A stretch of 64,000 bases of DNA from Candidatus Levyibacteriota bacterium (GCA_016214555.1 JACROF010000002.1:69416-133415); one strand, 5' to 3'; shown: positions 38,338 to 49,119, counted from the first letter of the stretch. A program made the numbers and translations. Notes: generated by a model from the sequence alone, not told the origin.

Positions 38338-38358
38338 ACTTCCTCCTTTCATTTTTCA

Positions 38359-39030
38359 TTATATCCTTAATCCTTCATAGGCATAGTAATTCCCATGTTT
38401 TGCCACACAGACAAACGGCGTATCTTTTCTCATGTTCTCAGCGTGTCCTGGTGAGTTGATCCAGATTGCAACGACTTGTTTGTAATCAGGAGTCATCACT
38501 ATATTTTCCGTAATCTCATGGTAGCTAGGGTAGGGAAGAGTGTGGCTATGTATTCTATTGGTAAAACCGTCGTGGTTAAAATTAGAAGAAATCTCATCGG
38601 CCCTCGTCTTTGCAAAAGCACAGGTTAGTGGATCTTCAGATACTTTTGAGAGCCCATTTGAAGCTCTGTATGCATTGATCGCATCCATAATAAAATTTCC
38701 CTCAACTCCCTGACTACTTGCTCGTGTAGGCTCAGGCGTTGAAATTGGCGTTGATGTTGCTGTTGGTGTAGGTGTAGGAGCTTTTGTTGGAGTAGAGGTA
38801 GGTATGGCAGTAGGTGTAGATGTTGGGGGTGCTGATTTCAACTGGGATGTGATAGGAGAAGCTGCTTTATAATTTGAAATTTTTATCGTTTTTTTAACAA
38901 CCTTTTTTGAGGTGGTTTTAGCCCCAAGCACTGAAGGGGATGCTAAAGACTCAAGGAGAAAAAATGAGAGAAAGAGAATGAATACACTACAGACAGGAAG
39001 AGTAAACAGCAACACTTTTCGCATTAACAA
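38359..39030 (-). CDS. CAP/SCP domain protein
   Basis: INAYRASNGL, ENI and WINSPGHAENM motifs; PT-rich linker. Confidence 0.88.
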   Translation of the reverse strand: MLMRKVLLFTLPVCSVFILFLSFFLLESLASPSVLGAKTTSKKVVKKTIKISNYKAASPITSQLKSAPPTSTPTAIPTSTPTKAPTPTPTATSTPISTPEPTRASSQGVEGNFIMDAINAYRASNGLSKVSEDPLTCAFAKTRADEISSNFNHDGFTNRIHSHTLPYPSYHEITENIVMTPDYKQVVAIWINSPGHAENMRKDTPFVCVAKHGNYYAYEGLRI

Positions 39031-39080
39031 ATACAGTAATGCACTTTTGCTGTCTTGTCAACCTAAGCTCGCACAAAAGA

Positions 39081-39641
39081 CTAATAGATATGCTCAAAAA
39101 ATACTTTAAGTCCCAAGAGAATAAGAGCGGTTCCACCAATAGCATCGAGCTTTCCTTCAAAATGTTTGTTCAGGTGAAATCCAAAAAGAAATGCCGGAAG
39201 ACATAGGGCAAAAGTAACAATACCAATCATCCCAACAGACAGTAATAAAGGAACATTAATTAATCCAAGAGTAATCCCGACGGTAAATGCATCGATACTT
39301 GTAGCTATCGCAAGTAAAAAAAGGGTTTTGTGAGAAAGAACTCTTTTTTTCCCCTTCTTTTTCCTCGTTGATGCAGCTTCTTTTAACATAAATACTCCAA
39401 TACCTACCAAAAGTAGCATTGCAATCCATGGAGCATACAGCGCAACAACACTCTTGATCGATGACCCAACAACCCATCCTATAAGAGGCATTATTGCTTG
39501 TGCGCCACCAAAAGCAAGAGCAACTCTTAATGCGTGCTTAATTTTCTCCTCTTTTACCTCTATTCCCTCAGCTATGCTAACACTCACTGCATCAAGCGCA
39601 AGAGAAATCGAGATAATGAGAACTTGAACAAATGAACTCAT
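39081..39641 (-). CDS. mntP: Manganese efflux pump
   Basis: SLALDAVSVS, QAIMPLIGW and ATSIDAF motifs. Confidence 0.88.
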   Translation of the reverse strand: MSSFVQVLIISISLALDAVSVSIAEGIEVKEEKIKHALRVALAFGGAQAIMPLIGWVVGSSIKSVVALYAPWIAMLLLVGIGVFMLKEAASTRKKKGKKRVLSHKTLFLLAIATSIDAFTVGITLGLINVPLLLSVGMIGIVTFALCLPAFLFGFHLNKHFEGKLDAIGGTALILLGLKVFFEHIY

Positions 39642-39722
39642 ACTATGAGTGTATGCAATACGTTTTCGTATGTCAAACTGAAATTTTAGACCTATAGACT
39701 TAAAATATGGTACAATGAAGGA

Positions 39723-40943
39723 ATGACTAAGGACACAAATCGCTACTTTTTTGTTTTAGGCAGATATCCAGACCTCTCCACTAAAGAAATTAGGTCAGTT
39801 CTTACTAAAATTGGCTATTTCTGGAGTATTTTCTACCATACCAATGAAATTCTTATCATAGATATGGCAGGAGAGGTTGATGTCCTATCTCTTAACAAGA
39901 TATTAGGCGGAACCGTAAAAATAGGTGTGATTCTCAAAGAACTTAGCCTAACCCAAACATTTGATGATATCCAAGAATATCTTACATCGGATGCTCTATT
40001 CACCGACATTCTCGCCATTAAAAATGAAAAAGTAGCTTTTGGAATCAGTTATTACAGTGAAAACAACAGCTCATACAAAATATTTGTTCCTCAACTCTTG
40101 CGAACCATCAAAGAACATCTAAAAATACAAGGTTTTAAGCCTCATTTCCCAAGACAAACAACAAAAACTCTTTCAAGTGCTTCTGTTGAAAAAAATAACC
40201 TCCTCACCACAGGCGCTGAGGTTGTTCTTGTTGAAACAAAAGATGCATTGCTTCTTGGGAAGACGGTGAGCGTTCAAGACTTTGAACTTTTTAGCAAAAG
40301 AGACTATGGGAGACCAGTTAGAGATATGGAATCAGGAGTAATGCCGCCAAAACTCGCTCGGATGATGCTTAATCTTTCTCAAAAAAACATTGATGCAGCT
40401 CTTCTTGATCCTTTTTGTGGAAGTGGAACTGTTCTTCAGGAAGCATTACTCCTTGATTTTACTGACATTACGGGAGCTGACAAATCTGAAAAGGCGGTTT
40501 CAGACACACAACAAAACATTGAGTGGCTTATCATGGAAGAAAAACTTACACACAAGCCTGAAATTGTTCACTCTGATGTAGAAGAGCTTGCAAAGACAAC
40601 TAAAAAAACCTTTGATCTTATTGTGACAGAGCCCTATATGGGTCCAAATAGCAAAGGTCTTCGAAATTTTGATGACATGAAAAAAAATAAAGAAGAACTA
40701 GAAAATCTCTACCTTACATCATGGAAAGCTTTTGCAAAACTTCTTAAAAAAGATGGGGAGGTAGTCATGATACTCCCTATTTTTCATTACAAAAACACCT
40801 ATCTTAAGATGGATATAATCGAAAAAATCCCATCACTAGGGTTTGAGCACATAGCACTCAGCGAAAAAAGAAGAAAATCTCTTATTATTGGTAATAGATA
40901 TGATTTTGTACTTCGTGAGATAATACACTTTAGAAAAATATGA
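39723..40943 (+). CDS. Trm11-like RNA methyltransferase
   Basis: PPKLARMM, LLDPFCGSGT and EPYMGP motifs. Confidence 0.8.
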   Translation: MTKDTNRYFFVLGRYPDLSTKEIRSVLTKIGYFWSIFYHTNEILIIDMAGEVDVLSLNKILGGTVKIGVILKELSLTQTFDDIQEYLTSDALFTDILAIKNEKVAFGISYYSENNSSYKIFVPQLLRTIKEHLKIQGFKPHFPRQTTKTLSSASVEKNNLLTTGAEVVLVETKDALLLGKTVSVQDFELFSKRDYGRPVRDMESGVMPPKLARMMLNLSQKNIDAALLDPFCGSGTVLQEALLLDFTDITGADKSEKAVSDTQQNIEWLIMEEKLTHKPEIVHSDVEELAKTTKKTFDLIVTEPYMGPNSKGLRNFDDMKKNKEELENLYLTSWKAFAKLLKKDGEVVMILPIFHYKNTYLKMDIIEKIPSLGFEHIALSEKRRKSLIIGNRYDFVLREIIHFRKI

Positions 40944-41707
40944 GACAAGAGCACGTAATGATTGTTGGGCGCAATATGGTTCATGACACATTGCTATCCC
41001 AAAAAAAGATCCAAAATATATTTATTGGCAAAAATAGCAGACTTGATCCAAAAGTTCTGGAAATAGTCCGATTGGCTCAACAAAAGAATGTACAAGTAAC
41101 TTTTGTTCCACCTGAAAAGATAAGAGCTTTGAGTGGATCTGAAAATACCCAAAATATTGTTGCGTACCTTCAGAGATTTGAGGAAAATTCTCTTAAGCAA
41201 ATTATTGAAAAATGTCAAAAAGAAGGCAGGGATCCTTGTATTTTGCTTTTTCATCACATGGATTACGAGCAAAATTTGGGAGCAATTATTAGAACGGCAT
41301 GGGGTGCACAAATTGATGCGATTGTTCTTTCACCCTCAGGCGTTCATGAAGTCACACCAATTGTAGCCAAAATTTCTCAAGGTGGAGCAGCGTACATTCC
41401 TGTTATTGGGCAATCTCTATTCCAAGCCATTGCAACTCTGAAAGATTTTGGTATTCCTGTTGCAGGAGTGGAAGTTGGTATGGGACAGCCTTATGACCAA
41501 GTGCCTCTGAGTGGCCCTGTTGCATTTCTTTTTGGAGGAGAGCTCACAGGTATTAGTCAACCACTTCAAAAACAGTGTGATATTTTTATTCATATCCCCA
41601 TCAACAACGAGCTTACATCGCTCAACGTCAGCGTGGCAACAGCTCTGATAATATTTGAAAAAAGAAGACAAGAAAGATTGCTTGAAAAAAGCTCTGATCA
41701 AAATTGA
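40940..41707 (+). CDS. rlmB: TrmH/SPOUT RNA 2'-O-methyltransferase (RlmB-like)
   Basis: NLGAIIRTA, GGE..G and SLNVSVA motifs. Confidence 0.8.
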   Translation: MRQEHVMIVGRNMVHDTLLSQKKIQNIFIGKNSRLDPKVLEIVRLAQQKNVQVTFVPPEKIRALSGSENTQNIVAYLQRFEENSLKQIIEKCQKEGRDPCILLFHHMDYEQNLGAIIRTAWGAQIDAIVLSPSGVHEVTPIVAKISQGGAAYIPVIGQSLFQAIATLKDFGIPVAGVEVGMGQPYDQVPLSGPVAFLFGGELTGISQPLQKQCDIFIHIPINNELTSLNVSVATALIIFEKRRQERLLEKSSDQN

Positions 41708-42802
41708 TCAGGGGGAAAGAAGATCTATTACATTTGTCACGAAGGATTTTTCTACTCCAACAACTTGACCAGTTTCTGCTGAAACAACTGCCTTTACTTT
41801 TTGTGAAACTGGCAACAGAGCAAAAAGCTTGTATTCTTTGCTTCCTGAGACTACATAGACAGGCTTATCATTGATCACCTTTAATGCAACACTTGCTTCA
41901 CCATCATCCTCAGGTGTGCCAGAGTTCTCTGAGTCAAAAAATGTTACAATCTTCTGCGTCATAATAGTCTTAAGAGCCTCATCCGGGAGTATTGCTATAG
42001 TTTTTACTCCGTTACTTGTTGTCACCAAAAGCTCGTTTGTTCCAACATCAACAGAAAGAGGAAATTCAGTCAAAGCCGCTACATTGTTATGCTTAAAGCT
42101 GGGCCTACCACTTCTTGATGACAATTCAATGCCTTGATCTTCAAGCTCTTGCTCTACTTCATCCTCAAGCTCGTTAAGCTGATCATCTTCAAGTTCGACT
42201 TCATCTCCATTATCATCTTCAACTTTTTTAACTATTTCACCATTGATAATTTTGTATCTTATTTTTAATTCACCATGCTCCAACTCAACCTTTGTTGTAC
42301 CGTCATCTTCTGTTTTTGTTTTAATTTTTTGCCCATCTGAGGTCTCGATTTCAACCTCCTGTTTAGCACCTTCTTTCTGCAATCTTATCTGCACTGACTT
42401 GGTAGGAGTAACGGTTTTTGAAGTATTAGACCTGCTTGTCCTAGATTGCTTTTTTTCTGACTCCTTTTGAGCCTTTTGTCTTTCTTTCTCTTGCTCTTTC
42501 TGCAGCTCATCTTCCTTTTTTTGCTCTTCAACTACAGAATTACTACTTGTTTTATCTTCATCTTGTTCATCGTTTTCATCGTTTTCCTTCTCGTCTTCAG
42601 ACTCATTCCCACTACTATCATCACCTAAAACAGAAGCCCCTAGCACTTTGGTAGGATCATCAAAATGGAGGGTGGCTTTCTGTACAAGTGTTTGCGCAAA
42701 TGCAAGAAGTAAAACAGAGCCCAAAGCTACAAGAGTAACTCTTGTTAGCAAAACTGAAGGAGCATTTTTTTGAAGACTTTTTCTCTTTTGAGACTTTTTC
42801 AT
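41708..42802 (-). CDS. Membrane-anchored hypothetical protein
   Basis: N-terminal TM, acidic low-complexity region, PepSY-like end (VSAETGQV). Confidence 0.7.
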   Translation of the reverse strand: MKKSQKRKSLQKNAPSVLLTRVTLVALGSVLLLAFAQTLVQKATLHFDDPTKVLGASVLGDDSSGNESEDEKENDENDEQDEDKTSSNSVVEEQKKEDELQKEQEKERQKAQKESEKKQSRTSRSNTSKTVTPTKSVQIRLQKEGAKQEVEIETSDGQKIKTKTEDDGTTKVELEHGELKIRYKIINGEIVKKVEDDNGDEVELEDDQLNELEDEVEQELEDQGIELSSRSGRPSFKHNNVAALTEFPLSVDVGTNELLVTTSNGVKTIAILPDEALKTIMTQKIVTFFDSENSGTPEDDGEASVALKVINDKPVYVVSGSKEYKLFALLPVSQKVKAVVSAETGQVVGVEKSFVTNVIDLLSP

Positions 42803-42846
42803 GACTAATTTAGTTAATCACACATACAATATAGTGTCAAATTCTG

Positions 42847-43386
42847 TTAAATTAACTTAGTAGAAATTGCGGTATCAGAAAAAATGCCCGTCTCCCACTT
42901 TTTTCTGTCCAACAATGCTTTAAGATATTTTCCACCTTTCTCATCTCGTAAAAATAAATTTGTGGTGACTAAGATCCCATCTTTTCTTAAAAGTTTCTCA
43001 AATTGTAACAACATTTTCATCTGAGGCACATACCCATCGAAAAAAATGAGGTCAAATTGCTCAGAAAGCCTAGACAGGACATCTTCTGCTTTTTCAACAT
43101 AAGTGGTAATTTGTTTTTCATAACCATGCTGCTCCCAAATCTTTTTTGCAGTTGCTACGTGCGTTGCATCCTGGTCGATTGTTACAATTTCACCAAGAGG
43201 ATTACTCTCCAAAAGACAAAGGGTGCTATAGCCAAGTCCTGTTCCCACCTCAAGGATCTTTCTTGCAGAAATTGCTTTTGAGAGAGGAGAAAGTATTTCC
43301 CCTGATGCGTAAGGGTACGCTCCACACAAGTGAGACGATCGATGCTTAATACACTCTTGAAAAACATCTGGAAAAGGCTGATTCAT
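42847..43386 (-). CDS. O-methyltransferase (class I SAM)
   Basis: ILEVGTGLGYS and FDLIFFDG motifs. Confidence 0.88.
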   Translation of the reverse strand: MNQPFPDVFQECIKHRSSHLCGAYPYASGEILSPLSKAISARKILEVGTGLGYSTLCLLESNPLGEIVTIDQDATHVATAKKIWEQHGYEKQITTYVEKAEDVLSRLSEQFDLIFFDGYVPQMKMLLQFEKLLRKDGILVTTNLFLRDEKGGKYLKALLDRKKWETGIFSDTAISTKLI

Positions 43387-43640
43387 AGAGGGATTATACT
43401 ACGTGAGACGAGAAGTTCTTTTTCTCTTCTAGACAATTTCTTAAGAACAGCCTCTCTTGAACGAGCAGTGCTAATTGAGTCTACCTGCTCTTGATAAACA
43501 AGCGCTACAGGTCTTCTGGCTTTAGTATATTTTGCCCCACTTTTGAGATTATTGTGTTCATTTACCCTACGAGAGATATCAGTTGTTGAGCCAATATAAA
43601 AAGTATTATCAGAACAGAGAAGGATATAAACAACGTACAT
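43383..43640 (-). CDS. GIY-YIG nuclease (UPF0213/YazA-like)
   Basis: YILLCSDNTFYIG..GAKYTKARRPV..KKLSRREK. Confidence 0.92.
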   Translation of the reverse strand: MYVVYILLCSDNTFYIGSTTDISRRVNEHNNLKSGAKYTKARRPVALVYQEQVDSISTARSREAVLKKLSRREKELLVSRSIIPL

Positions 43641-43648
43641 ATGAGGGT

Positions 43649-44257
43649 CTACTTAAGAGCTTGATCAAGCCTGAGTGAAACATTCTCCCAATTCACTACA
43701 TTCCACCATGCCTCAACATAGTCAGGTCTTTTATTGTAATACTGCAAATAATAGGCATGCTCCCACACATCAAGTCCCAAAAGGGGAATTTTTCCTTGAG
43801 TTAGGGGAGAATCTTGATTGGGTGTCGAGACTAGCGATACCTCGTTATTATCCCAAACTAACCATTGCCAACCACTGCCAAAAACTTTCACTGCTGCTTC
43901 TGAGAATTGTTTTTTAAAAGTCTCTACATCCCCAAAGCTATGCTGAATTTTATCAAGGAGTGTTCCTGCAGGCTCTTGACCTTTATGAGGAGCCATCATT
44001 TCCCAAAACATTGAGTGATTGAGGTGGCCTCCACCATGATTCCGAACGACCATTTTGATGTCATCAGGAATAGTGTCTAAAGAAACAACTAAATCTTCGA
44101 CTGATTTGTTACTAAGCTCTGGATGTTTTTCTATCGCTTTATTGAGGTTATCTACATACGTTCTATGATGCTTATCGTGATGAAGGTGTTGAATGTCTGA
44201 GGAGATAAAGGGTGCGAGGGAGTCATAGGAGTAGGGGAGGTCTGGGAGACTAAACAT
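43649..44257 (-). CDS. sodA: Mn/Fe superoxide dismutase
   Basis: HHDKHH, GGGHLNH and DVWEHAYY motifs. Confidence 0.95.
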   Translation of the reverse strand: MFSLPDLPYSYDSLAPFISSDIQHLHHDKHHRTYVDNLNKAIEKHPELSNKSVEDLVVSLDTIPDDIKMVVRNHGGGHLNHSMFWEMMAPHKGQEPAGTLLDKIQHSFGDVETFKKQFSEAAVKVFGSGWQWLVWDNNEVSLVSTPNQDSPLTQGKIPLLGLDVWEHAYYLQYYNKRPDYVEAWWNVVNWENVSLRLDQALK

Positions 44258-44398
44258 ATGTTCATGTTATATCACATTTATCATCAAACAACTAGAGATA
44301 TCAGTTTTTTTGGGGATGAGATTTTCACTTATATTTTGCAGTTAACAGCAAAACAGCCCTTGATAATTCAAGGGCTGTTAGGAGGGGAAGGAAAAGCC

Positions 44399-44881
44399 TT
44401 AGTTCATTGCTTTTGGCATTCTCCCAAATCCTTTATGTCCAAATGGCATAAGGTATTTAAGGTCAATACCATTTTCCTTTGCCCAGTTCTCAAGAGCTGT
44501 TTTTTGCTCCTGCATTTTTGCTTTTCTCTCATCAGCGCTCAAGTCTTTGAAAGAATCTTTACTAGCTTCTCGCCGATCTTGAAGTTCTTTCATCTTGTTT
44601 AAAATAAGAGTCTTTTGTTCTACGGTTATTTTACCCTCAGTTACAAGCTGAGAGAGACGCTCTTCATTTTTATCCTGCATCTTGTCTACCATTTCTTTCT
44701 TGTGTTCATCAAAAACTGCTTTGACATCAGATTTATTAAGTCCAAACCTGTCAGCTAGTTTCTGAACAAGTGATGAAACAGGATCTATCGCTGTATCGTC
44801 AGCAAATACCGGCCTTGAGAGAAATAACCCTGTACCCAAGATCGTTATTACTGCAATCACAATTGCTGGCTTTTTATACAT
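44399..44881 (-). CDS. Secreted helical hypothetical protein
   Basis: Signal peptide; strong SD; downstream of the two-component genes. Confidence 0.7.
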   Translation of the reverse strand: MYKKPAIVIAVITILGTGLFLSRPVFADDTAIDPVSSLVQKLADRFGLNKSDVKAVFDEHKKEMVDKMQDKNEERLSQLVTEGKITVEQKTLILNKMKELQDRREASKDSFKDLSADERKAKMQEQKTALENWAKENGIDLKYLMPFGHKGFGRMPKAMN

Positions 44882-44935
44882 ATCTTCACCTCCTTTCATG
44901 TATAACAACACTAAAGGATCAAACTTAAAAAATGC

Positions 44936-45961
44936 TTAAGAACTCGAGGTATTAAGAAGTATAGTAAATGTCGTTCCTTTTCCTAACTCGCTTTTTACTG
45001 AAATCTCTCCGCCGTGTGAAGAGACAATCTTTTTTGCAATTGAGAGCCCCAGGCCATACCCTTTGACATCGGAACGAGAGCTATCGACTCGATAAAACCG
45101 ATCAAAAATGTGAAAGAGGCTTTCCTTAGAAATTCCTACCCCTTGATCAACAACCTGTATCAAAACGTGATCCTTTATTTTCTTTGAGTTGATTATGACT
45201 GTCGTTCCACCTTTTGAATATTTAATTGCATTATCAAGAAGGATAATAAAAACCTCAACAAGTCTATCTGAAACACATATAAGAGGGATATTTTTTACGT
45301 TCTGTTTGATGTTAATTTTTTTAACGTCTGCAAGAGGTTGGACTTTTTTAACAGCTTGCTCAACAAGAAATGAAAGTGAGGTCTTAGTCATAAGAGCAGG
45401 ATCCACTAGGTATCCATTCTGAGCTAGTTCTAGTAAACGTTCTGATAACGACTGAAGTCCGATGACATCCTCAAGTGCATTTTCCAACAATTTCTTAGTT
45501 CTTTGAGGTGATATTTTTTTCTCTCTCAATTCCACCTCAAGACCGGTCCGTAAAGAGGTGAGGGGTGTTCGAAGTTCATGAGAGGCATCAGTAATAAATC
45601 TATGTTGTTCATCAACCATTTTCTTAATGGGCCTCAATGTTTTCCCGGCTAAGAAATAACCAGCAGCTCCTGAGAAAAGAAAAATTGCGATATTTATTCC
45701 AGCAAGTGCAACTACAATGCGCTTCCTTGCATCTTGGATGATTGCTGGATCGGGTCTTCCTACACGAAATACTAAATTACGGTTAGGGATAGAAGGAACT
45801 TTTTCCTCTTTCAACTCATCTTGAATTCTGACCTGCATTCTTTCAAATCTTCCGAATTCTGATGTCACTCTCGTGTAAATTGCGATACTAAACAAAAGAC
45901 TAATCGCCATAATGATGGCGAGATATTGCGCAGTGAGTTTTAGTCGTGCAGATTCAAACAT
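44936..45961 (-). CDS. Sensor histidine kinase
   Basis: ASHELRTPL, NAIKY, DQGVGI and GYGLGL motifs. Confidence 0.95.
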   Translation of the reverse strand: MFESARLKLTAQYLAIIMAISLLFSIAIYTRVTSEFGRFERMQVRIQDELKEEKVPSIPNRNLVFRVGRPDPAIIQDARKRIVVALAGINIAIFLFSGAAGYFLAGKTLRPIKKMVDEQHRFITDASHELRTPLTSLRTGLEVELREKKISPQRTKKLLENALEDVIGLQSLSERLLELAQNGYLVDPALMTKTSLSFLVEQAVKKVQPLADVKKINIKQNVKNIPLICVSDRLVEVFIILLDNAIKYSKGGTTVIINSKKIKDHVLIQVVDQGVGISKESLFHIFDRFYRVDSSRSDVKGYGLGLSIAKKIVSSHGGEISVKSELGKGTTFTILLNTSSS

Positions 45962-45963
45962 AA

Positions 45964-46635
45964 TTATCCATCAATCCTATAACCAAATCCTCTGATCGTA
46001 TGAAGCAGTGGGGAAGATGAAAAAGGCTTCTCTATCTTACTTCGAAGATATCCCATAAAAACTTCAACAGTATTTGGCAACACATCGGCATCATAATTCC
46101 ATACATGTGCAATCAGCTGATCTTTTGTAACAATGTGTCCTTTATGAAGCATGAGGTAGAGAAGGATACCAAATTCTTTTTGAGAAAGCTGAATTGTTTT
46201 CCCCTGCCGTTTAACTTCACAAGAAAGCGTATCAAGCGTCAAATCTGAGACCTGAAGCACACTCTTCGTTGTTTTTTCAGGTCGCCTAGATAGAGCACGA
46301 ATTCGGGCCAAAAGCTCTGAAAATGCAAATGGCTTTGAGAGATAATCATCAGCACCACTGTTAAGACCTTCTACCTTATCTTTAATTTGTCCTTTGGCAG
46401 TAAGAAGAAGAATAGGGGTGTGATTGCCGGAATCTCGTATTTTCTTTACCAAGACAACTCCTTCGATTCGAGGGAGCATTCGATCCATAATAATCACGTC
46501 ATATTTCTCACCAATGGCAAGATCAAACCCTGACTCACCATCAAATGAAAGATCTACGGTGTATCGCTCCTGCTCAAGGCCTTTTTTAATAGCTTGAGCA
46601 ATTTTATGTTCGTCTTCGATCACGAGAATACGCAT
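45964..46635 (-). CDS. OmpR/PhoB-family response regulator
   Basis: MRILVIEDE, GADDYLSKPF and TIRGFGY motifs. Confidence 0.95.
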   Translation of the reverse strand: MRILVIEDEHKIAQAIKKGLEQERYTVDLSFDGESGFDLAIGEKYDVIIMDRMLPRIEGVVLVKKIRDSGNHTPILLLTAKGQIKDKVEGLNSGADDYLSKPFAFSELLARIRALSRRPEKTTKSVLQVSDLTLDTLSCEVKRQGKTIQLSQKEFGILLYLMLHKGHIVTKDQLIAHVWNYDADVLPNTVEVFMGYLRSKIEKPFSSSPLLHTIRGFGYRIDG

Positions 46636-46724
46636 TGGACAAAGATTATAGCAGTTAGCTGAAGTTAAACTGAAAAAACAAAAAAAATGCGGCCTGCCAT
46701 TGAGGCGGGCCGCAAAAAAAATCA

Positions 46725-47114
46725 TCAATACATCGGGGAGGGAATCAAGCCAAGTTCTCTCCAATGCGTAATGAGATCATCAACGCAAAAGAAAAATTGC
46801 TTGTTTCCTTTATCCTCGTAGTGCTCCATCAGGCATGCATGCTTCAAAGGATTCGTGCCTTTGTTTGTAGCATGCGTATAGACAATCGCAAATGGTGACT
46901 CTAAAGATTGCGCCTGAACAAACGCTTCAAGATGACGCATTGCGATCGTGTCAGGATCAGCAACGATCGGCTGGTGGATCACAATTACCCTCACATCAGC
47001 AAGAGCAGGATCCAAGCAGACGTTGATCCCCTGCATTCTCGAAAGTAGACCTCTCACGCCGTCGACGCTAATTGCAGGAAGCTTGTCTGTTGCAGGAGTA
47101 ATTGAAACGTTCAT
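46725..47114 (-). CDS. Hypothetical protein
   Basis: AGGAGG SD; GC hairpin terminator downstream (46681-46720). Confidence 0.65.
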   Translation of the reverse strand: MNVSITPATDKLPAISVDGVRGLLSRMQGINVCLDPALADVRVIVIHQPIVADPDTIAMRHLEAFVQAQSLESPFAIVYTHATNKGTNPLKHACLMEHYEDKGNKQFFFCVDDLITHWRELGLIPSPMY

Positions 47115-47363
47115 AATTCCTCCTATGGTAAGGTTCTCTGAACAAGCTGTTCAGACTACAAGTATATCAAGAAATACATTAAAACTCAAACTATAAGATG
47201 TATTTTCTTTAAAAATCTGCGTAGCGTATGCAATAAAATAGTCAGACACAAAAAATCAAAAGCAGAAATTTATATCATCCAAAAAAATAACACCTCTTGC
47301 TTTTCTCATAATATGATCCTATAGTTTGATTTTGAGTTCAAAATCCGCTATAATACCTCCTCT

Positions 47364-49115
47364 ATGTCAGAACTACTCTCACACATTCCTCCTGAGGCTA
47401 GCGTTGCTGTTCGAAATCAGCTTGATCTTGCCAATGAGCACCGTGATTACAGCATTTACGCTCGGCTCATGGATGCGGGACTTGAGGCAAAAGCACGCTC
47501 TATTTTTCCTCATTTTGGTCCTCTTTATGAAGGAGCAATTATTGTTGATGCTGGTTCAGGCACGGCAAAGCTCAGCGAGCTTGCGGCACAAGTATTTGAC
47601 AGAGCACACGTTGTTGCTCTTGATAAATCACACGAGCTTTTGGAAATGTCTCGCGATAACCAATCTCTTGTTAGACTTAAATACGGCGACATAGCAGAAC
47701 AAAACTTTCCCGACAACTCAGTTGCTGTAAAGTATTTTTCTACATCACTCCATGAAGTAGGCTCGTTTTTGGGACTTGAGGCAATACATGCTGCAATAAG
47801 AGCAAGTTATCGTGAAAACGAGCCAGGTGGAAGAAATATTATTCGTGACTTTGTCAAACCAACAACCACTGAACCTATCTACATGCATATCGAAAGCAAG
47901 GCTGGGTTTGATGATGTAGCTTGCGCATCACGTGGAGGAATTATTGATTACAATCTTCTTTCACCCAGAGCTCTTTTTGAACGATTCCATACCGAATTCA
48001 GAGGAGGAAATGCATTTGAATATGAAATTGTGAGTATTGAGGGACAAGAATATATCAAAATTGCTCCAGAATGGGCATATGAATATTACATGCGAAAAGA
48101 CTATACGGCCAACTGGAGACAGGAGATCAATGAAAAATACTCTTTCTGGACTCCAGAGGAAGCCGTAACAACTCTTAGTGCTGCAGGATATGAAAATGTC
48201 AGAGTAATTCCAGACCCAAATGACTTCATTCTTACCAATCGTCTTATTGACAAAATTGGTCTATTTGAAATGGATCAAGAAGGCAACCTTACTCCAATTC
48301 CTTTTCCTATGACACACTTAGTCGTCGTTGGTGAAAAGCCAAAAGGTAAAGAAGATAAAGTAAGTCAATCACCAGACCAAGCGCCTATTGAGACAGTTGA
48401 TTATGAAAAACTCAAGCAAACTATTTCAAGAGAAGGAGAAGTAGTCAAAGTAGGAGATCAAACCTTTGAAGTAGATCTCACAAAAGGAATTCACACTGGC
48501 AGTAAGAAAAATGTTTATTGGCTCAAAGGAGAGCCCAAGCAAGTACTTAAAGTCGTGAGGACTGATGGGTACAATGACCACACGTATTTTAAATCAATGT
48601 ACCAATCAATCGAGCATGAATATGTCCTTGATCAATACAAGGTGCCACACGCTCATATTAGCGGTGTTGATCCCCACGGTCCGCCTTTTAGATACTTTAT
48701 CCAAGAAGCTGCTCCAGAAGGAGCAATCTCTGTCTCAGATCTTATTCGAAATGGCGAGTTGACCGAAAGAGACATTGAGCAGATGGCTACACTTGTTAAT
48801 ATGTTTGAGCTGCAAAAAAAGTGGCAGCTTGATACCAATCCTTTTAACTGGCACAGAATAACACAGGAAGATGGAACAACGCAGATGTATTATGTCGATG
48901 GAAAAGTCTATAGATATGATGAAGCGTGGGAATTCAGACGCATCGGACTTTTGCAATGGATCAATGCTTCTTATGTGACTGGGACCGATGTTAGAACTGC
49001 TTTTATTCCCAAGACAAAAGAGTATGAAGAATTAGTAAAAGAATGGGAAAGTCAAACAGACCAAGTAGCTGTTTGGTGGAAAAAATACCTCCACCCCTTC
49101 ATCCAGCCTCAATAG
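47364..49115 (+). CDS. Class I SAM methyltransferase fused to a kinase-like domain
   Basis: IVDAGSGTA and STSLHE; C-terminal VLKV..DTNPFN..VDG. Confidence 0.7.
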   Translation: MSELLSHIPPEASVAVRNQLDLANEHRDYSIYARLMDAGLEAKARSIFPHFGPLYEGAIIVDAGSGTAKLSELAAQVFDRAHVVALDKSHELLEMSRDNQSLVRLKYGDIAEQNFPDNSVAVKYFSTSLHEVGSFLGLEAIHAAIRASYRENEPGGRNIIRDFVKPTTTEPIYMHIESKAGFDDVACASRGGIIDYNLLSPRALFERFHTEFRGGNAFEYEIVSIEGQEYIKIAPEWAYEYYMRKDYTANWRQEINEKYSFWTPEEAVTTLSAAGYENVRVIPDPNDFILTNRLIDKIGLFEMDQEGNLTPIPFPMTHLVVVGEKPKGKEDKVSQSPDQAPIETVDYEKLKQTISREGEVVKVGDQTFEVDLTKGIHTGSKKNVYWLKGEPKQVLKVVRTDGYNDHTYFKSMYQSIEHEYVLDQYKVPHAHISGVDPHGPPFRYFIQEAAPEGAISVSDLIRNGELTERDIEQMATLVNMFELQKKWQLDTNPFNWHRITQEDGTTQMYYVDGKVYRYDEAWEFRRIGLLQWINASYVTGTDVRTAFIPKTKEYEELVKEWESQTDQVAVWWKKYLHPFIQPQ

Positions 49116-49119
49116 ACAA

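Noticed and set aside
43383-43640. Third GIY-YIG gene as part of the tRNA-linked system
   Set aside because: Different (YazA/UPF0213-like) subtype, embedded between sod and a methyltransferase, with no tRNA nearby.
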